From contig OY759599.1 of assembly GCA_963662465.1 (NCBI GenBank), forward strand, positions 2,112,001 through 2,176,000: a DNA stretch of 64,000 nucleotides, written 5' to 3'. This document shows, in pieces, positions 1 to 9,587 of this stretch (position 1 is the first letter of the stretch; each line of letters begins with the position of its first letter). The stretch is from Desulfatiglandales bacterium (GTDB lineage: Bacteria; Desulfobacterota; DSM-4660; Desulfatiglandales; Desulfatiglandaceae). A model generated the notes under the pieces. The model saw nothing but the letters and a program-made list of their open reading frames with translations. It made no database searches and was not told the DNA's origin. A program made the position numbers and the translations under genes.

Positions 1-198
1 ACGAAATAAGAAATGTGCATGGTTGGATAAGAATCTCCAAGCATAACAGGATGTATGGGTAGCCGGCAATAGATCAGCGAGACGATCCATCATGTCATTT
101 CGATCTTTGCTGTCTCTAAATATTTTCCGGCGCTCTATTCCACGAATAATGACGTTATGAACGGACCCTGGGGCATCTAATCTGGCTAATCTCGGCAA
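1..198 (-). CDS. Y1/HUH transposase of the REP-associated (RAYT, IS200-like) type, 5' part only; runs off the left edge
   Basis: Not in the ORF track. Manual translation from TTG at 198 gives LPRLARLDAPGSVHNVIIRGIERRKIFRDSKDR...CYAWRFLSNHAHFLFR, which has the typical RAYT N-terminus and the HUH motif (HAH). Confidence 0.8.
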   Translation of the reverse strand, partial: MPRLARLDAPGSVHNVIIRGIERRKIFRDSKDRNDMMDRLADLLPATHTSCYAWRFLSNHAHFLFR

Positions 199-481
199 GC
201 ATAGCAATCAAATAGCAAATCGTATTTGTAGGGCCAAGTTATTTAATTACAGATGGACATCCCTCATACCCTGGCCTCCGATACTCCCCAGCCCTTACCC
301 ACGGCATTTAACCGACAGCGTTTTGAATAACAGAGTCGTATATGAGCTTCTTTCGGCAAGATAGCCGATCTGTGCGCCTCGAAAATACCGGTGCGATGCC
401 ATGGGTGGCAGGTGATTGGGGCTGTGCGACGGTGCTAATGCGAAATTAATGGCAGCGGTGGCGCCTGTGGAGTAGCAATAT

Positions 482-565
482 TCAATATATCTCAACCATG
501 CCAGACTTGAGATATCGAATATATATCTCAGGTTTACCCAGTTACCCCGATTTGAATATATCACA
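482..565 (+). repeat. att-like site 1: core TCAATATATnTCA plus right arm
   Basis: Matches 14824-14909 at 66 of 86 positions in a manual alignment. Contains the inverted repeat TGAGATAT-N7-ATATCTCA at 508-530. Confidence 0.7.
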
Positions 566-769
566 AACTTTTTGACCCACCAATATATGGGGATATTGTC
601 AAGCTATTCCCGGTCCCAATTCATCCTTTTGATCTGCTAAATAGAAATCAGCGACCGAATTTTTCGAATTCTTTCCTAAATTGTAAGGCTCTGTCTTGGG
701 CAGGATAACTCAAAGCCCTAAAGGGCTCAAGAGATGTGACGAAAATGTCGCTTACTTCCGATTCATTTA

Positions 770-2815
770 TTACTCACTGAGTGCCTTGAGCAGGGCATCT
801 TTTGCATCCGCATAATAAACGACAATGACTTTAGTAGCCAAATCGTCGGGCAATTCAAAGAGTTGCTTCCGCGCAGAGACGGGGATGAGCACTTTTTGGG
901 CGCCTTTGTCAGCAGCCAGTTCGACGATGCTGACGGCGTTATAAATGGGCTCAATGGAACCACCTAAATTGAGTCCGCCGACGATGACCAGTCCACCTTC
1001 CAGGCTCCTTTCAACGAGCGCGGAACTCATGGCTAACAGGATGGGTATTCCTGTGGCAGCGGCGCTCTTGCAGGCATCAAAAGCGCGAAACTGAATAGTG
1101 AACTCATGGGCACGCGGATCACGATCACCCACCAACTCCTTTGATCGGGCATAGAGATTCTGTTCGGCGCAGCGCACGCTTTCCTTGAGTGGCCCGGGAG
1201 GGCTCTGGTTGAGGATCTTGACTCCGCTTCCAGGCCCTTCCGTCACCTCGATCCGGAACAGTCCGGGATTTTCATCCGGCCCGCCTGGAGACAGCGCCCA
1301 GATCTGTCCGGCCGGGAGCGGGTCCGTTCCGATGCTGTTTTCGCTGTGAAGCTCAGGAGTGGAGACGAATTGCTCCATCCCATCCGGGATCATCGTGAAG
1401 CTGAAATGGGTGTTTCGGAATTCGGCGGCCCCTATGCGCTTTTGTTGTTCCTTCACTCGCCGGCGACATTCCAGAGCGAGTCTGGTAGACCACTCGATGG
1501 CTTCTTCAGGGATTTCGGTTTCGGGATCTGGATACATGAGTTTTAGAAGGCCACTGATCGTCTTTTGTGTGGCGGTTGTGTCGCGTCCGCTCAAGGCGCC
1601 ACCGAATTGAATACGACCCTGCAGATGATTGATCCGGCTTTGTGAACGCAGATGGTTCCAGCAGGATGAAAGAAAATCGCTGACCAGGCCAAAATGCTCG
1701 GTCAACAGGTCGCGACTGACCTTCGGTACGTTCCAGCCGGGAATATAGGCATGGATGCGGTCCATAAAGGCAGTATCGTCGCGCATCTCCGGTGGGAGAG
1801 GTCCAAGGAGGTGGCCAATGCGCTGCTGATGTTCCACATCCACTTCGAAGTTGCCTACCATGACGATACCACCGAAGCCGCGAATGCTCTCCTGACCTCT
1901 GCTGAATTCTCCCGACTCCATGTAGCCTTTCATAATGTTTACACCGTCCTTCTGATCGAAGGAGATGCCCGAGACTTCGTCGAAGCAAACCACATCGTAT
2001 TGGCAGACGAGGCCGCGTTGACCGTTAGCGTTGTTGACGAACATCTTTGCCACGGTGGCCTTGCCGCCCGAGACAAGATGGGCATAAGGTGAGACCTGCT
2101 GGTACAGATGGCTCTTGCCTGTTCCTCGGGGGCCAAGCTCCACCGCATTGTAATTGTTTTCCACGAATGGGACCATGCGAAGGAGCATGACGTCGCACGT
2201 TCGCTCACCAAGGGCCGACGGTTCCAGTCCCACACTCCGAAGGAGTAGATCCTTCCATTCCTTGAAGGTAAAGAACGATCTTCCCCGGCACAAGGTTTCC
2301 AGCACGTCTCGCTTGGAGAGCTGGATCTCGCGCAGGGACTCAATGCCGAAAGGCCGCCCATTTCTTTCTTCAGCAATGGTAGGGTCGTAGGTAAGGTCCA
2401 CCTCCGCATAAAAACCCCCTGTCAGCATTCTGTCGTGCGTGTTAACCAGATCGTCTGCGATGCGGACATCGTTGAGCCGGACGCTGGGCAATTCGGCTAA
2501 AAAACAATCGTTTCGAGCATCCAGACGGGCCTTGATGAGATCGATCAGTTTCACGCGTCCTTGTTCCTTAGCACGGGCCTTAAACAGCTCTTCCTCCCCT
2601 GCGCGGACCGTCCGATTAGCCAGTTGCCGCTGAACAATGGCGAGTCCTTCCTGAATTTCCTCCTCCTCCACGCTGGCGCAGTATCGGCCCAAAAGAAATT
2701 CGGCCACGTAAGTGGGTACCGGGTATTGTCCCTTAAATTCACGTACAAGGTCTTTGCGAACTAGGTATCCCTCAAAGGCTTCGGCGGCAATTTTGTCCAG
2801 GGCGTCGAGTTGCAT
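770..2815 (-). CDS. brxL: BREX Lon-like AAA+ protein BrxL
   Basis: Walker A ELGPRGTGKS, Walker B VCFDE, MKGYMESGEFSRG and a C-terminal Lon-like domain. Last gene of the BREX operon. Likely ATG at 2815, directly after the pglZ stop. Confidence 0.92.
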   Translation of the reverse strand: MQLDALDKIAAEAFEGYLVRKDLVREFKGQYPVPTYVAEFLLGRYCASVEEEEIQEGLAIVQRQLANRTVRAGEEELFKARAKEQGRVKLIDLIKARLDARNDCFLAELPSVRLNDVRIADDLVNTHDRMLTGGFYAEVDLTYDPTIAEERNGRPFGIESLREIQLSKRDVLETLCRGRSFFTFKEWKDLLLRSVGLEPSALGERTCDVMLLRMVPFVENNYNAVELGPRGTGKSHLYQQVSPYAHLVSGGKATVAKMFVNNANGQRGLVCQYDVVCFDEVSGISFDQKDGVNIMKGYMESGEFSRGQESIRGFGGIVMVGNFEVDVEHQQRIGHLLGPLPPEMRDDTAFMDRIHAYIPGWNVPKVSRDLLTEHFGLVSDFLSSCWNHLRSQSRINHLQGRIQFGGALSGRDTTATQKTISGLLKLMYPDPETEIPEEAIEWSTRLALECRRRVKEQQKRIGAAEFRNTHFSFTMIPDGMEQFVSTPELHSENSIGTDPLPAGQIWALSPGGPDENPGLFRIEVTEGPGSGVKILNQSPPGPLKESVRCAEQNLYARSKELVGDRDPRAHEFTIQFRAFDACKSAAATGIPILLAMSSALVERSLEGGLVIVGGLNLGGSIEPIYNAVSIVELAADKGAQKVLIPVSARKQLFELPDDLATKVIVVYYADAKDALLKALSE

Positions 2816-2816
2816 A

Positions 2817-5141
2817 TCAGTTCTCTCCAATAACAATGGATTGCTTGAATATCGGTTGTCCGTTCAGGTCCACAACCACCAGAAAGGCCGCAGTACCAAT
2901 GGCCTCGTCGTCTTCCACCAGGAGGCTGGTCTTGTGACCGTCAGCCGCAGCCGTTGCCGAAGTTGCTGCAAAACTGGTTTCGGCATCCGCTACCTTGCCC
3001 CGAATATCCACAGTAAGACCCTCTGCACCTTCCATGACCACTTTAAGCCTCATTCCCGACCATTTCATCTCTTTTAAAACAACGGCCCTGCTCCCCCCGG
3101 TTTGCCTGGTAGATACGGTCAGACAGGGAATCAGTGCCTCTTGCAATGTGAGACCTCCGTGGTCATATTCCTTGCCGGCGATAAAACACGATACACCAGG
3201 CGCCAGGACAACGGCCTCGGCCGCATCCCAGAACCAGGACGTCATGGGATAGCCGTGCTGGGCGCCGGCGCCTGGAATGGCGCAGCGGCCCCACCGGGTC
3301 TCGGTGAGATGCTTATGCAGTTTAGTTTTAGGCAACCCGCCGGGGAGAAGAAGCCAACCGTGATCCGTAATAATTTTGACTTTCACCCATCCTGCCTGAA
3401 GTAAATCACACACCCGTTGTTGAAGCGCGGAAAGCTCTTCTCCTACCCTCCAAGCCAACTTCGCACCCTGATCATGTCCATAGGTATCGAGGGAACCTGA
3501 CTCAGTCCATGCGCAACCAATTGCTGATCCCATCTCGTCCGATTCCAAAAAGGAGATCCCCAGTTCTGTCAAAAGTTGCTTAAAGCGTGGGTGAACAAGT
3601 GCCTTACCGTTGCCTTGTTCTCTCGATTGAAATCCAGCCCCTTCCAGTGGACCTCCCAGTTTTTCGGCCAGAGGCATCCACGCAGGTTTCGCGGTCGCCG
3701 TAACGGTCGGCAGTGCGGACCATGCATGTTCGAATTTGACCTCTAAGCCTGATGAAATGAGCTTTACTTCCAGCATTCGCGCCAAATCCAGGCGCAGACC
3801 ATCGGCAAAAAGATAGACCGTACCTTCTTCTGCCGGCAGGGTACGGCACGTTCGTGGCTCTCTGACGGGATAAGTATCTGCCAGCGCCTGGGTGAGTGTA
3901 GAAAATTTTTCAAGCCACGGGAGATAAATTGCCCTAATCGCAACCGTTACGGCCTTGGTGGCGGCAGTGGAGCGTGCCGCGTTCAGGGTTTTCAAAACGC
4001 TGCTGTCTGCTTTCCAGCCAAGTGTCGAATAGTAATCAGCCAACCCTTCCCAGGTGGAAGGATTCCCCGACGTCTCTACGATTTCCGCAAGCTCTTGCAG
4101 GTGGCCGATGGCTATCGCCAGAGGTGATTCCCCCAGGGTTGCCCAGACCCATTTGGTGCGTGGGGAGTGCTCACCAGCAAGGCTGTGGATTTTCGCGAGG
4201 GCATCCTTTGGAGATGCCGACGACAGGGTGCCGAGGGCCTTCTCCAGGCGATCCTCCTCCTGCCGATTGAAACTCGGCTTGTATTCGCTCCGTTTGTATT
4301 CACCGGGCGCTTCAAAAATGCTCATTTGTTCCGGCGGTAGGGATTCCAGCAGATCTTTCACCCCTGGATAGGAGCGTGGCGCTTCCTTGTAACGTCCCCA
4401 TACCAATTGCCACGAAGCCTTGGCGCTGCTCAACTTTTCGGCAGCCGTGATCGCACCATCTTTCTCCGGATTGAAGCCGTATGTACTTCGGCAGACGGCA
4501 CAGAAACTGATCCACTCCGATCCTGATTTCTCCAGTTCCATTTTTGTTTTCACTGGATCGCCCATCCAGCGTAAAAGCGTCCGCACAGGGTCCTTTGTGA
4601 CGACAGCGCGAAAGTCCGCAGCTTCCAGCCTGCGACCTTGCAGTGCATCCAGTTCGATTTCCAGTAACTTCGGCATGCTCTCCTGAATCGCTTTCTTCGT
4701 GTCCTGATCGCCAGCCACATCCAGACCCAGACCACCCGTTGGACTGGATAAAAACGCAAAGGGTGTCCAGCTCTTTCCATTCTTCTGGGTCCAGAACTGC
4801 CCCTGGAATTGCAGTGCAAACAAATGCCTGGCCCCATTCGGGCACTGTTCCGCACTGCGGAAAGCAGACCGCCCGATACCCGGCAGGTAGATCACCGGCA
4901 CATGGTCTCCGCTTCGGATCTCTAACTGGTATCGCAGCCAGGCAGCCGGACCTGTCGCTTTGTCGGGATCGTAGTCTCCCAGCGACCACAAGACGGGATG
5001 GTTCGCCCGCAGCAGATCCAGGCATTCGATCCACAGGCGTTCCTCGTCAGGCCACATAATGACCCGTGGAGGAGCCAGTTCATGCCGGTTATACGAAGCC
5101 GCTTTCCGAATCGATTGGAGCATGGATGTAATGATGGTCAT
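2817..5141 (-). CDS. pglZ: BREX-1 phosphatase-family protein PglZ (type B-like)
   Basis: Alkaline-phosphatase-fold motifs LFADGLRLD, LPTVTATAK, ITDHGW and YDHGGLTLQE; operon position. Confidence 0.92.
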   Translation of the reverse strand: MTIITSMLQSIRKAASYNRHELAPPRVIMWPDEERLWIECLDLLRANHPVLWSLGDYDPDKATGPAAWLRYQLEIRSGDHVPVIYLPGIGRSAFRSAEQCPNGARHLFALQFQGQFWTQKNGKSWTPFAFLSSPTGGLGLDVAGDQDTKKAIQESMPKLLEIELDALQGRRLEAADFRAVVTKDPVRTLLRWMGDPVKTKMELEKSGSEWISFCAVCRSTYGFNPEKDGAITAAEKLSSAKASWQLVWGRYKEAPRSYPGVKDLLESLPPEQMSIFEAPGEYKRSEYKPSFNRQEEDRLEKALGTLSSASPKDALAKIHSLAGEHSPRTKWVWATLGESPLAIAIGHLQELAEIVETSGNPSTWEGLADYYSTLGWKADSSVLKTLNAARSTAATKAVTVAIRAIYLPWLEKFSTLTQALADTYPVREPRTCRTLPAEEGTVYLFADGLRLDLARMLEVKLISSGLEVKFEHAWSALPTVTATAKPAWMPLAEKLGGPLEGAGFQSREQGNGKALVHPRFKQLLTELGISFLESDEMGSAIGCAWTESGSLDTYGHDQGAKLAWRVGEELSALQQRVCDLLQAGWVKVKIITDHGWLLLPGGLPKTKLHKHLTETRWGRCAIPGAGAQHGYPMTSWFWDAAEAVVLAPGVSCFIAGKEYDHGGLTLQEALIPCLTVSTRQTGGSRAVVLKEMKWSGMRLKVVMEGAEGLTVDIRGKVADAETSFAATSATAAADGHKTSLLVEDDEAIGTAAFLVVVDLNGQPIFKQSIVIGEN

Positions 5142-5159
5142 AACACGCTGTCCTTCAGT

Positions 5160-5576
5160 TTAATGCTCTCTTCCCAGAAGGGTTTCCATCCGTGCGATAA
5201 AACCGGCGCACTGTTCAAGGTAGGAATTGACCTCCTCTGCCTGAAATATCCGCAGAGGCTGATAATCACCTTCATGTCGACTGTCGAAGATCCTGTTGTA
5301 AAACTTGCCCCACCGAGGTTCCACTATCCCTTCTCTGATAAGATCCTTATGCAAAGCAGCCTTTACCCCGGTATGCTTCTTGAAAGATCGGCCTTCCTTC
5401 AATAACAAGGCGGTAAGCGCGTAGAAAGAGGCATAGTAGAGATTTCTAACGGCGGTCGTAAGTCTCCCTGATTCATATTCACTTCGCCCGGCCGCCAGCG
5501 ATTCATGGGCCTTTTCCATCCAGTAAGCTACAAGGATGGATTTGTGATCCGGCTGGCCGGAGACGTTCGCTGTCAT
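5160..5576 (-). CDS. HEPN-domain protein, toxin of an MNT-HEPN pair
   Basis: 138 aa with LYYASFYALTALL, KHTGV and RIFDSRHEGDY. Its start overlaps the stop of the upstream MNT gene. Confidence 0.85.
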   Translation of the reverse strand: MTANVSGQPDHKSILVAYWMEKAHESLAAGRSEYESGRLTTAVRNLYYASFYALTALLLKEGRSFKKHTGVKAALHKDLIREGIVEPRWGKFYNRIFDSRHEGDYQPLRIFQAEEVNSYLEQCAGFIARMETLLGREH

Positions 5577-5929
5577 CGCATCGCCACCCCCTCCCTGGTG
5601 ATTTCTTCGTAAATCGGGAGGGCGGTACAGATCCCCCCATTCCAGTCATGAAGCGTATTGACGATGATGCTGATCACCACATCATGTTTCATCTCCACCT
5701 CAAAAAGAGCATCGACGATTGCATGTCGCTCCTTCCAATGAAGCGGCTTTTCGGTCAGCAGGAGTAAATCAATATCCGATTCCTGGTCGCTGTCGCCTCT
5801 CGCCTTTGAACCGAAAAGGATAAGCTCTTTGATAGGGAACTGTGTTTTGAGAATCCGCGTCGCTTCTCTGATGGCCGCCTCTTCGTTCTCCTTTAGTTGC
5901 AATTCCTCAGAAGCTCTCAATCCAATCAC
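5573..5929 (-). CDS. Minimal nucleotidyltransferase (MNT) antitoxin
   Basis: Pol-beta NTase motif LFGSKARGD...SDIDLL. A GAGGAGG Shine-Dalgarno near 5929-5935 suggests a start at GTG 5929 or TTG 5920 rather than 6022. Confidence 0.85.
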   Translation of the reverse strand: MIGLRASEELQLKENEEAAIREATRILKTQFPIKELILFGSKARGDSDQESDIDLLLLTEKPLHWKERHAIVDALFEVEMKHDVVISIIVNTLHDWNGGICTALPIYEEITREGVAMR

Positions 5930-5984
5930 CTCCTCACAGTCGTTGTTAAACGTGGATATACAGGATAAACGGGATAAAAACAAA

Positions 5985-6111
5985 TGTGAACCGGCCATTC
6001 TAAAAGGAAACTTTATATGCAAACCATTCGATTTGTTTCGGACACAGCATCAAATAGTTGGCAATTATTCCAGATGCACATAATATTCCGTTTTAGAATG
6101 GCCGGTTCACA
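5985..6111. repeat. Long inverted repeat between pglX and the MNT gene
   Basis: TGTGAACCGGCCATTCTAAAA (5985-6005) is the exact reverse complement of 6091-6111. Imperfect pairing extends inward (to 6021/6075) and outward (to about 5949/6140). Confidence 0.85.
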
Positions 6112-6149
6112 AATCCTGTCCATTTTGTGCATCCATGTTAATCCTTTTT

Positions 6150-9100
6150 TCAAGATATTGCCTCTTTTTTGCGGGCGAGGGTGAGGTGCACGTTGTTCCA
6201 TCGGGCGCCGACGAACTCCTCTCCGCCGATGGGGTCAGTGCCGGGTTCCTCTTCGCACCAGAACCAGGGATATTCCTCTTTAGGTCGGTGGGGTTCTTTG
6301 CCACGATCTTTGTCTTTGAGTTTGAGGGGGACCGCGCGAAACAGGCCCGCTCCCTTTTTCCCTACATCGCCAGCCAGAAGGAAGGGGCGGATGTTCTGAC
6401 GGATACCGTCGTTGAGATCGGGGTGCCAGCCCTGGACCTGAACTTTAAGGGGTTTCCATCGGACAAAGATGTCGAGGGGGGCCTCCCCTTCGAGGATGGC
6501 GGCGAGTCGGTTCTGGAGCGTTTGGGCCGCGCCCAGGCGATCGGCGGCCCCTGGTTTGTCGGCTTTGGCGTCTTCGGACTGTTGCTGAATCCAGTTGCCA
6601 AGGTAGCTGTAAGTGAGCTTTTGCAGCATGGCGTGGTCCAGCTTGTGGTAATTGATCAGGGCGTGGAACCCATCAGGCCGTCCGTCCCAGAGGTGCCAGA
6701 TAAAGGGCCGGTCGTGGAAGAGTTTGGCGTGCTGCGCAAAGAACTCGTCGCGCAGCCAGTCTTCGAGCGTTTTGGATTTGCTCCCCTTGAGTCCGGCGGC
6801 GGCGATGAGGGCGCGTTCGTTAAAGCCGCCAAGTGCCGTGGTGAGGAGTTGACGCAAACGCGCGGCGGCGGGTTGTTCACGGCTGAGCGGCGGCAGACAG
6901 ACGATGCCGTCTTCGTCGGCGAAGGATTCCAACCCGTCGGGGTCGAGGGTGGAACAATCGGGGAAACTGCTCCCGGTCTGGCGCGGCCAACGGTAGTCAA
7001 GCAGCCGGGCGACGGCTACGTGGAGCGGCTGGTCCGAACCTTTGGGATGGCCGTTGAAAAGCCACTGTGTTGGATCGTCACTGTGCGGTTTGGGTAGACA
7101 ATTGGGATATTTCTCGGTAGCGACTTTTTGCCAGTGGGCCAAATCAAAGGGAACCTTTGCTAAATTACCGTTAGTTACTGCTAACTTCTTATCAATTTTA
7201 CGAACTTCCTTTGAGAAAGCATCATCGCTGCAATAGCACCACAAAGCAGGTAATAATTTCTCCTCTTTTGGAATCAAAACACCAGTTGTGTTTTCAAATG
7301 GTTGTCCGGTATATAAAGTGGCTTCGAGTCTCTTCCCCATGAGCTTAAACAATACACCCCTCCTACCCCACACTTGGACGCCAGCTCGCCACACGCCGCT
7401 TTTATAACCTTCTCTTGCCAACGCTTCCATGTACTCGTAGATCTGTCCTTTACCATCTTCCCATAGAACTACCGATTCTCTCCCGCCGTATAAAACCGTT
7501 GAGTTAACAGTTGATTGCAGACAATACCATATTCCTTTATTCACCGTTGGTAGTTCCCAAAAATGGATGATGAATCGAGGCTTATCAAAAGTCTGTAACC
7601 CTCCAGCAGTTTCTGAAAACTCATTTAATAAAGCTACTCCTCCAACATCACTAAAAACGATTCTGCTGTCAGGATTTTGATATTGTTTTTTTTGGTTTAT
7701 GAGCAGTAAAGGCTTTGATTTCAGTGCGCTATCTTTTTGGCCAATTGTGGAGCATTCAGATGTGTCTATAGCTGCAATATTTGACTTATCTGTAGGATTA
7801 TACTTCCGGAAAATAAAGAGTCCAACATTTACAACCTCACCAGAGATTGTTTCGAATGCAGATGTACCGAGAATCGCAATATTGCTGATTCTAATTTCAC
7901 CAATGATTCTTTTTCTAAGAGATAGTGATCTGCTATGAAACATCCAATAATGCGGCATCACTAAAGAAATACATCCGTTCGTAGATGTCAAATCAATACA
8001 TCGTTCCCAAAACACTGTTGCAAGTTCGTCCTTACTATCTGGAAATTGGTTTTGACAGAATTTCTGTAGTGAGTCAGACTGTTTCCCTCGCTTAATGTAG
8101 GGGACATTTGTAATAACGATGGTGAATTTTCCGGCAAGCAGCTCCGCCGCTTTGGTGAGGCCCTGGGCGATGACGGCCAGCTCGACGGTGTCATTTTCGA
8201 ATTTGGACTTTTGATTTTCGCTAGACGCGAGGGCGGCGGTAAGTAGCGGGGCCAATTCATGAAACTCGGCCTCGATAAGATTCCCCCCCTCCGTGCGAGG
8301 GTTGATGAGACTGCCGAGAATGGGAGCGTCTTTGAAGAGACTGTGCAGACGCACCATGCCGTTGCGCGCACGGGAATTGTCTCCGGCCAGCGCCACCCAC
8401 TCCGCTTCCGTTGCACTGGGTGCAAGTCCGGAACAGGCCAGGTTGAGGCTCGGCAGTGCTTGATAACCCGCAATTTTCCAAGCCGTCAGCGCCACATTGA
8501 AGGCGGCGATCTGCGTGCAGCGTTCGTCGATTTCCAGGCCGTGGATGTTGTCTTTGAGGACAGCGACCACAGCGGCTTGAGCGGTGAGCCTTTCTTCCTC
8601 CATGCGCAAGCGGACGAGCAACGGCAGGGCAAACACCAGGAAGTGACCACTCCCCATGCAGGGGTCAAGGAGACGAATCAGGCGTGCGAATTTCGGCCAA
8701 CCGTCAAACGTGCCTGCGGCCGGGCTCCAGGTCTTGGTCGTTTCGTCCTGCACAAAGCGCAAATAGGTCCATGTAATACCGGGAACTCCGTCACGGGCCG
8801 GTAGTGCAACCTTTGCGCGCGCTTCTTCTTCGGTATCCGCCTCGATCGGTCCCATCTTGCCGGCCCACCATGCGCCGATGGTGTTGTGGAGGAGGAACTC
8901 CACCATGTAATCCTCAGTGAAAAGCTGGGTGACAGGCGCGATTTCGTCGGCGCCGATCTTTTTGCCGGATTTATTTACCTCGTCTTTGCGCTGGGCCTGC
9001 CAAAACTGGTAGGTCCAACCGAGGGCATCGTCGGCGCGGAATACTTCCGCCGAAAGAATTGCGAGGAGCTTTCGGAGTTCCACCTGATCATTGAGAGCGA

Positions 9101-9575
9101 TGGGGAGATCGAGTACCGGGTCTCCGCTCCGGAAGACGCCGGGAAGCGTTCGGCCGGCGAATCGGCAGGCAAGGTCCAGTCCGTCGCGGGTGCCCAGTTC
9201 CGGAGCGAGTTCTTCGCATTCCTCCAGCGTCACGGGGACGTTGCCATTGGCCGCGTCGGTAATGAGGAGGTTGTTCTCCGTAAGAAACCGAGTGAACAGC
9301 AACCGATGCCAGTGTTCATAAGCGGCCAGTTCGGTCAGATGACGGATATCTTGAATGCCGGTTCGTTCATCACGCTGATCCCCGAGGGCTCGACCCCGGG
9401 CGCGAAGGCTATTGCGGAGTTTCTTCTGCTGGTCGCTCATGTGGGAACGGAAGGCTTTCTCATGAACCGCCAGGTTTTCCAGCGCGGCCCGGCAGGCCGA
9501 CTCTGCCAGGACGCGGGCAGCGGCGGTGGTCTTTTCAAGAAGTTTTCGATGCTCTTTGGAAAGAGATACGGGCAT
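6150..9575 (-). CDS. pglX: BREX-1 adenine DNA methyltransferase PglX (BrxX)
   Basis: Motif I LDPCMGSGHF, motif IV variant TNVPY, TQLFTEDYMV and the C-terminal PDLNDGIRQNIRP; operon position. Confidence 0.93.
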   Translation of the reverse strand: MPVSLSKEHRKLLEKTTAAARVLAESACRAALENLAVHEKAFRSHMSDQQKKLRNSLRARGRALGDQRDERTGIQDIRHLTELAAYEHWHRLLFTRFLTENNLLITDAANGNVPVTLEECEELAPELGTRDGLDLACRFAGRTLPGVFRSGDPVLDLPIALNDQVELRKLLAILSAEVFRADDALGWTYQFWQAQRKDEVNKSGKKIGADEIAPVTQLFTEDYMVEFLLHNTIGAWWAGKMGPIEADTEEEARAKVALPARDGVPGITWTYLRFVQDETTKTWSPAAGTFDGWPKFARLIRLLDPCMGSGHFLVFALPLLVRLRMEEERLTAQAAVVAVLKDNIHGLEIDERCTQIAAFNVALTAWKIAGYQALPSLNLACSGLAPSATEAEWVALAGDNSRARNGMVRLHSLFKDAPILGSLINPRTEGGNLIEAEFHELAPLLTAALASSENQKSKFENDTVELAVIAQGLTKAAELLAGKFTIVITNVPYIKRGKQSDSLQKFCQNQFPDSKDELATVFWERCIDLTSTNGCISLVMPHYWMFHSRSLSLRKRIIGEIRISNIAILGTSAFETISGEVVNVGLFIFRKYNPTDKSNIAAIDTSECSTIGQKDSALKSKPLLLINQKKQYQNPDSRIVFSDVGGVALLNEFSETAGGLQTFDKPRFIIHFWELPTVNKGIWYCLQSTVNSTVLYGGRESVVLWEDGKGQIYEYMEALAREGYKSGVWRAGVQVWGRRGVLFKLMGKRLEATLYTGQPFENTTGVLIPKEEKLLPALWCYCSDDAFSKEVRKIDKKLAVTNGNLAKVPFDLAHWQKVATEKYPNCLPKPHSDDPTQWLFNGHPKGSDQPLHVAVARLLDYRWPRQTGSSFPDCSTLDPDGLESFADEDGIVCLPPLSREQPAAARLRQLLTTALGGFNERALIAAAGLKGSKSKTLEDWLRDEFFAQHAKLFHDRPFIWHLWDGRPDGFHALINYHKLDHAMLQKLTYSYLGNWIQQQSEDAKADKPGAADRLGAAQTLQNRLAAILEGEAPLDIFVRWKPLKVQVQGWHPDLNDGIRQNIRPFLLAGDVGKKGAGLFRAVPLKLKDKDRGKEPHRPKEEYPWFWCEEEPGTDPIGGEEFVGARWNNVHLTLARKKEAIS

Positions 9576-9587
9576 AATAAGAGCTCC

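Noticed and set aside
6135..7097. 320-aa plus-strand ORF and similar long antisense ORFs (e.g. 8886-9647, 21148-22194, 47726-48649)
   Set aside because: They are shadows of well-supported GC-rich genes on the opposite strand and carry no recognisable motifs.
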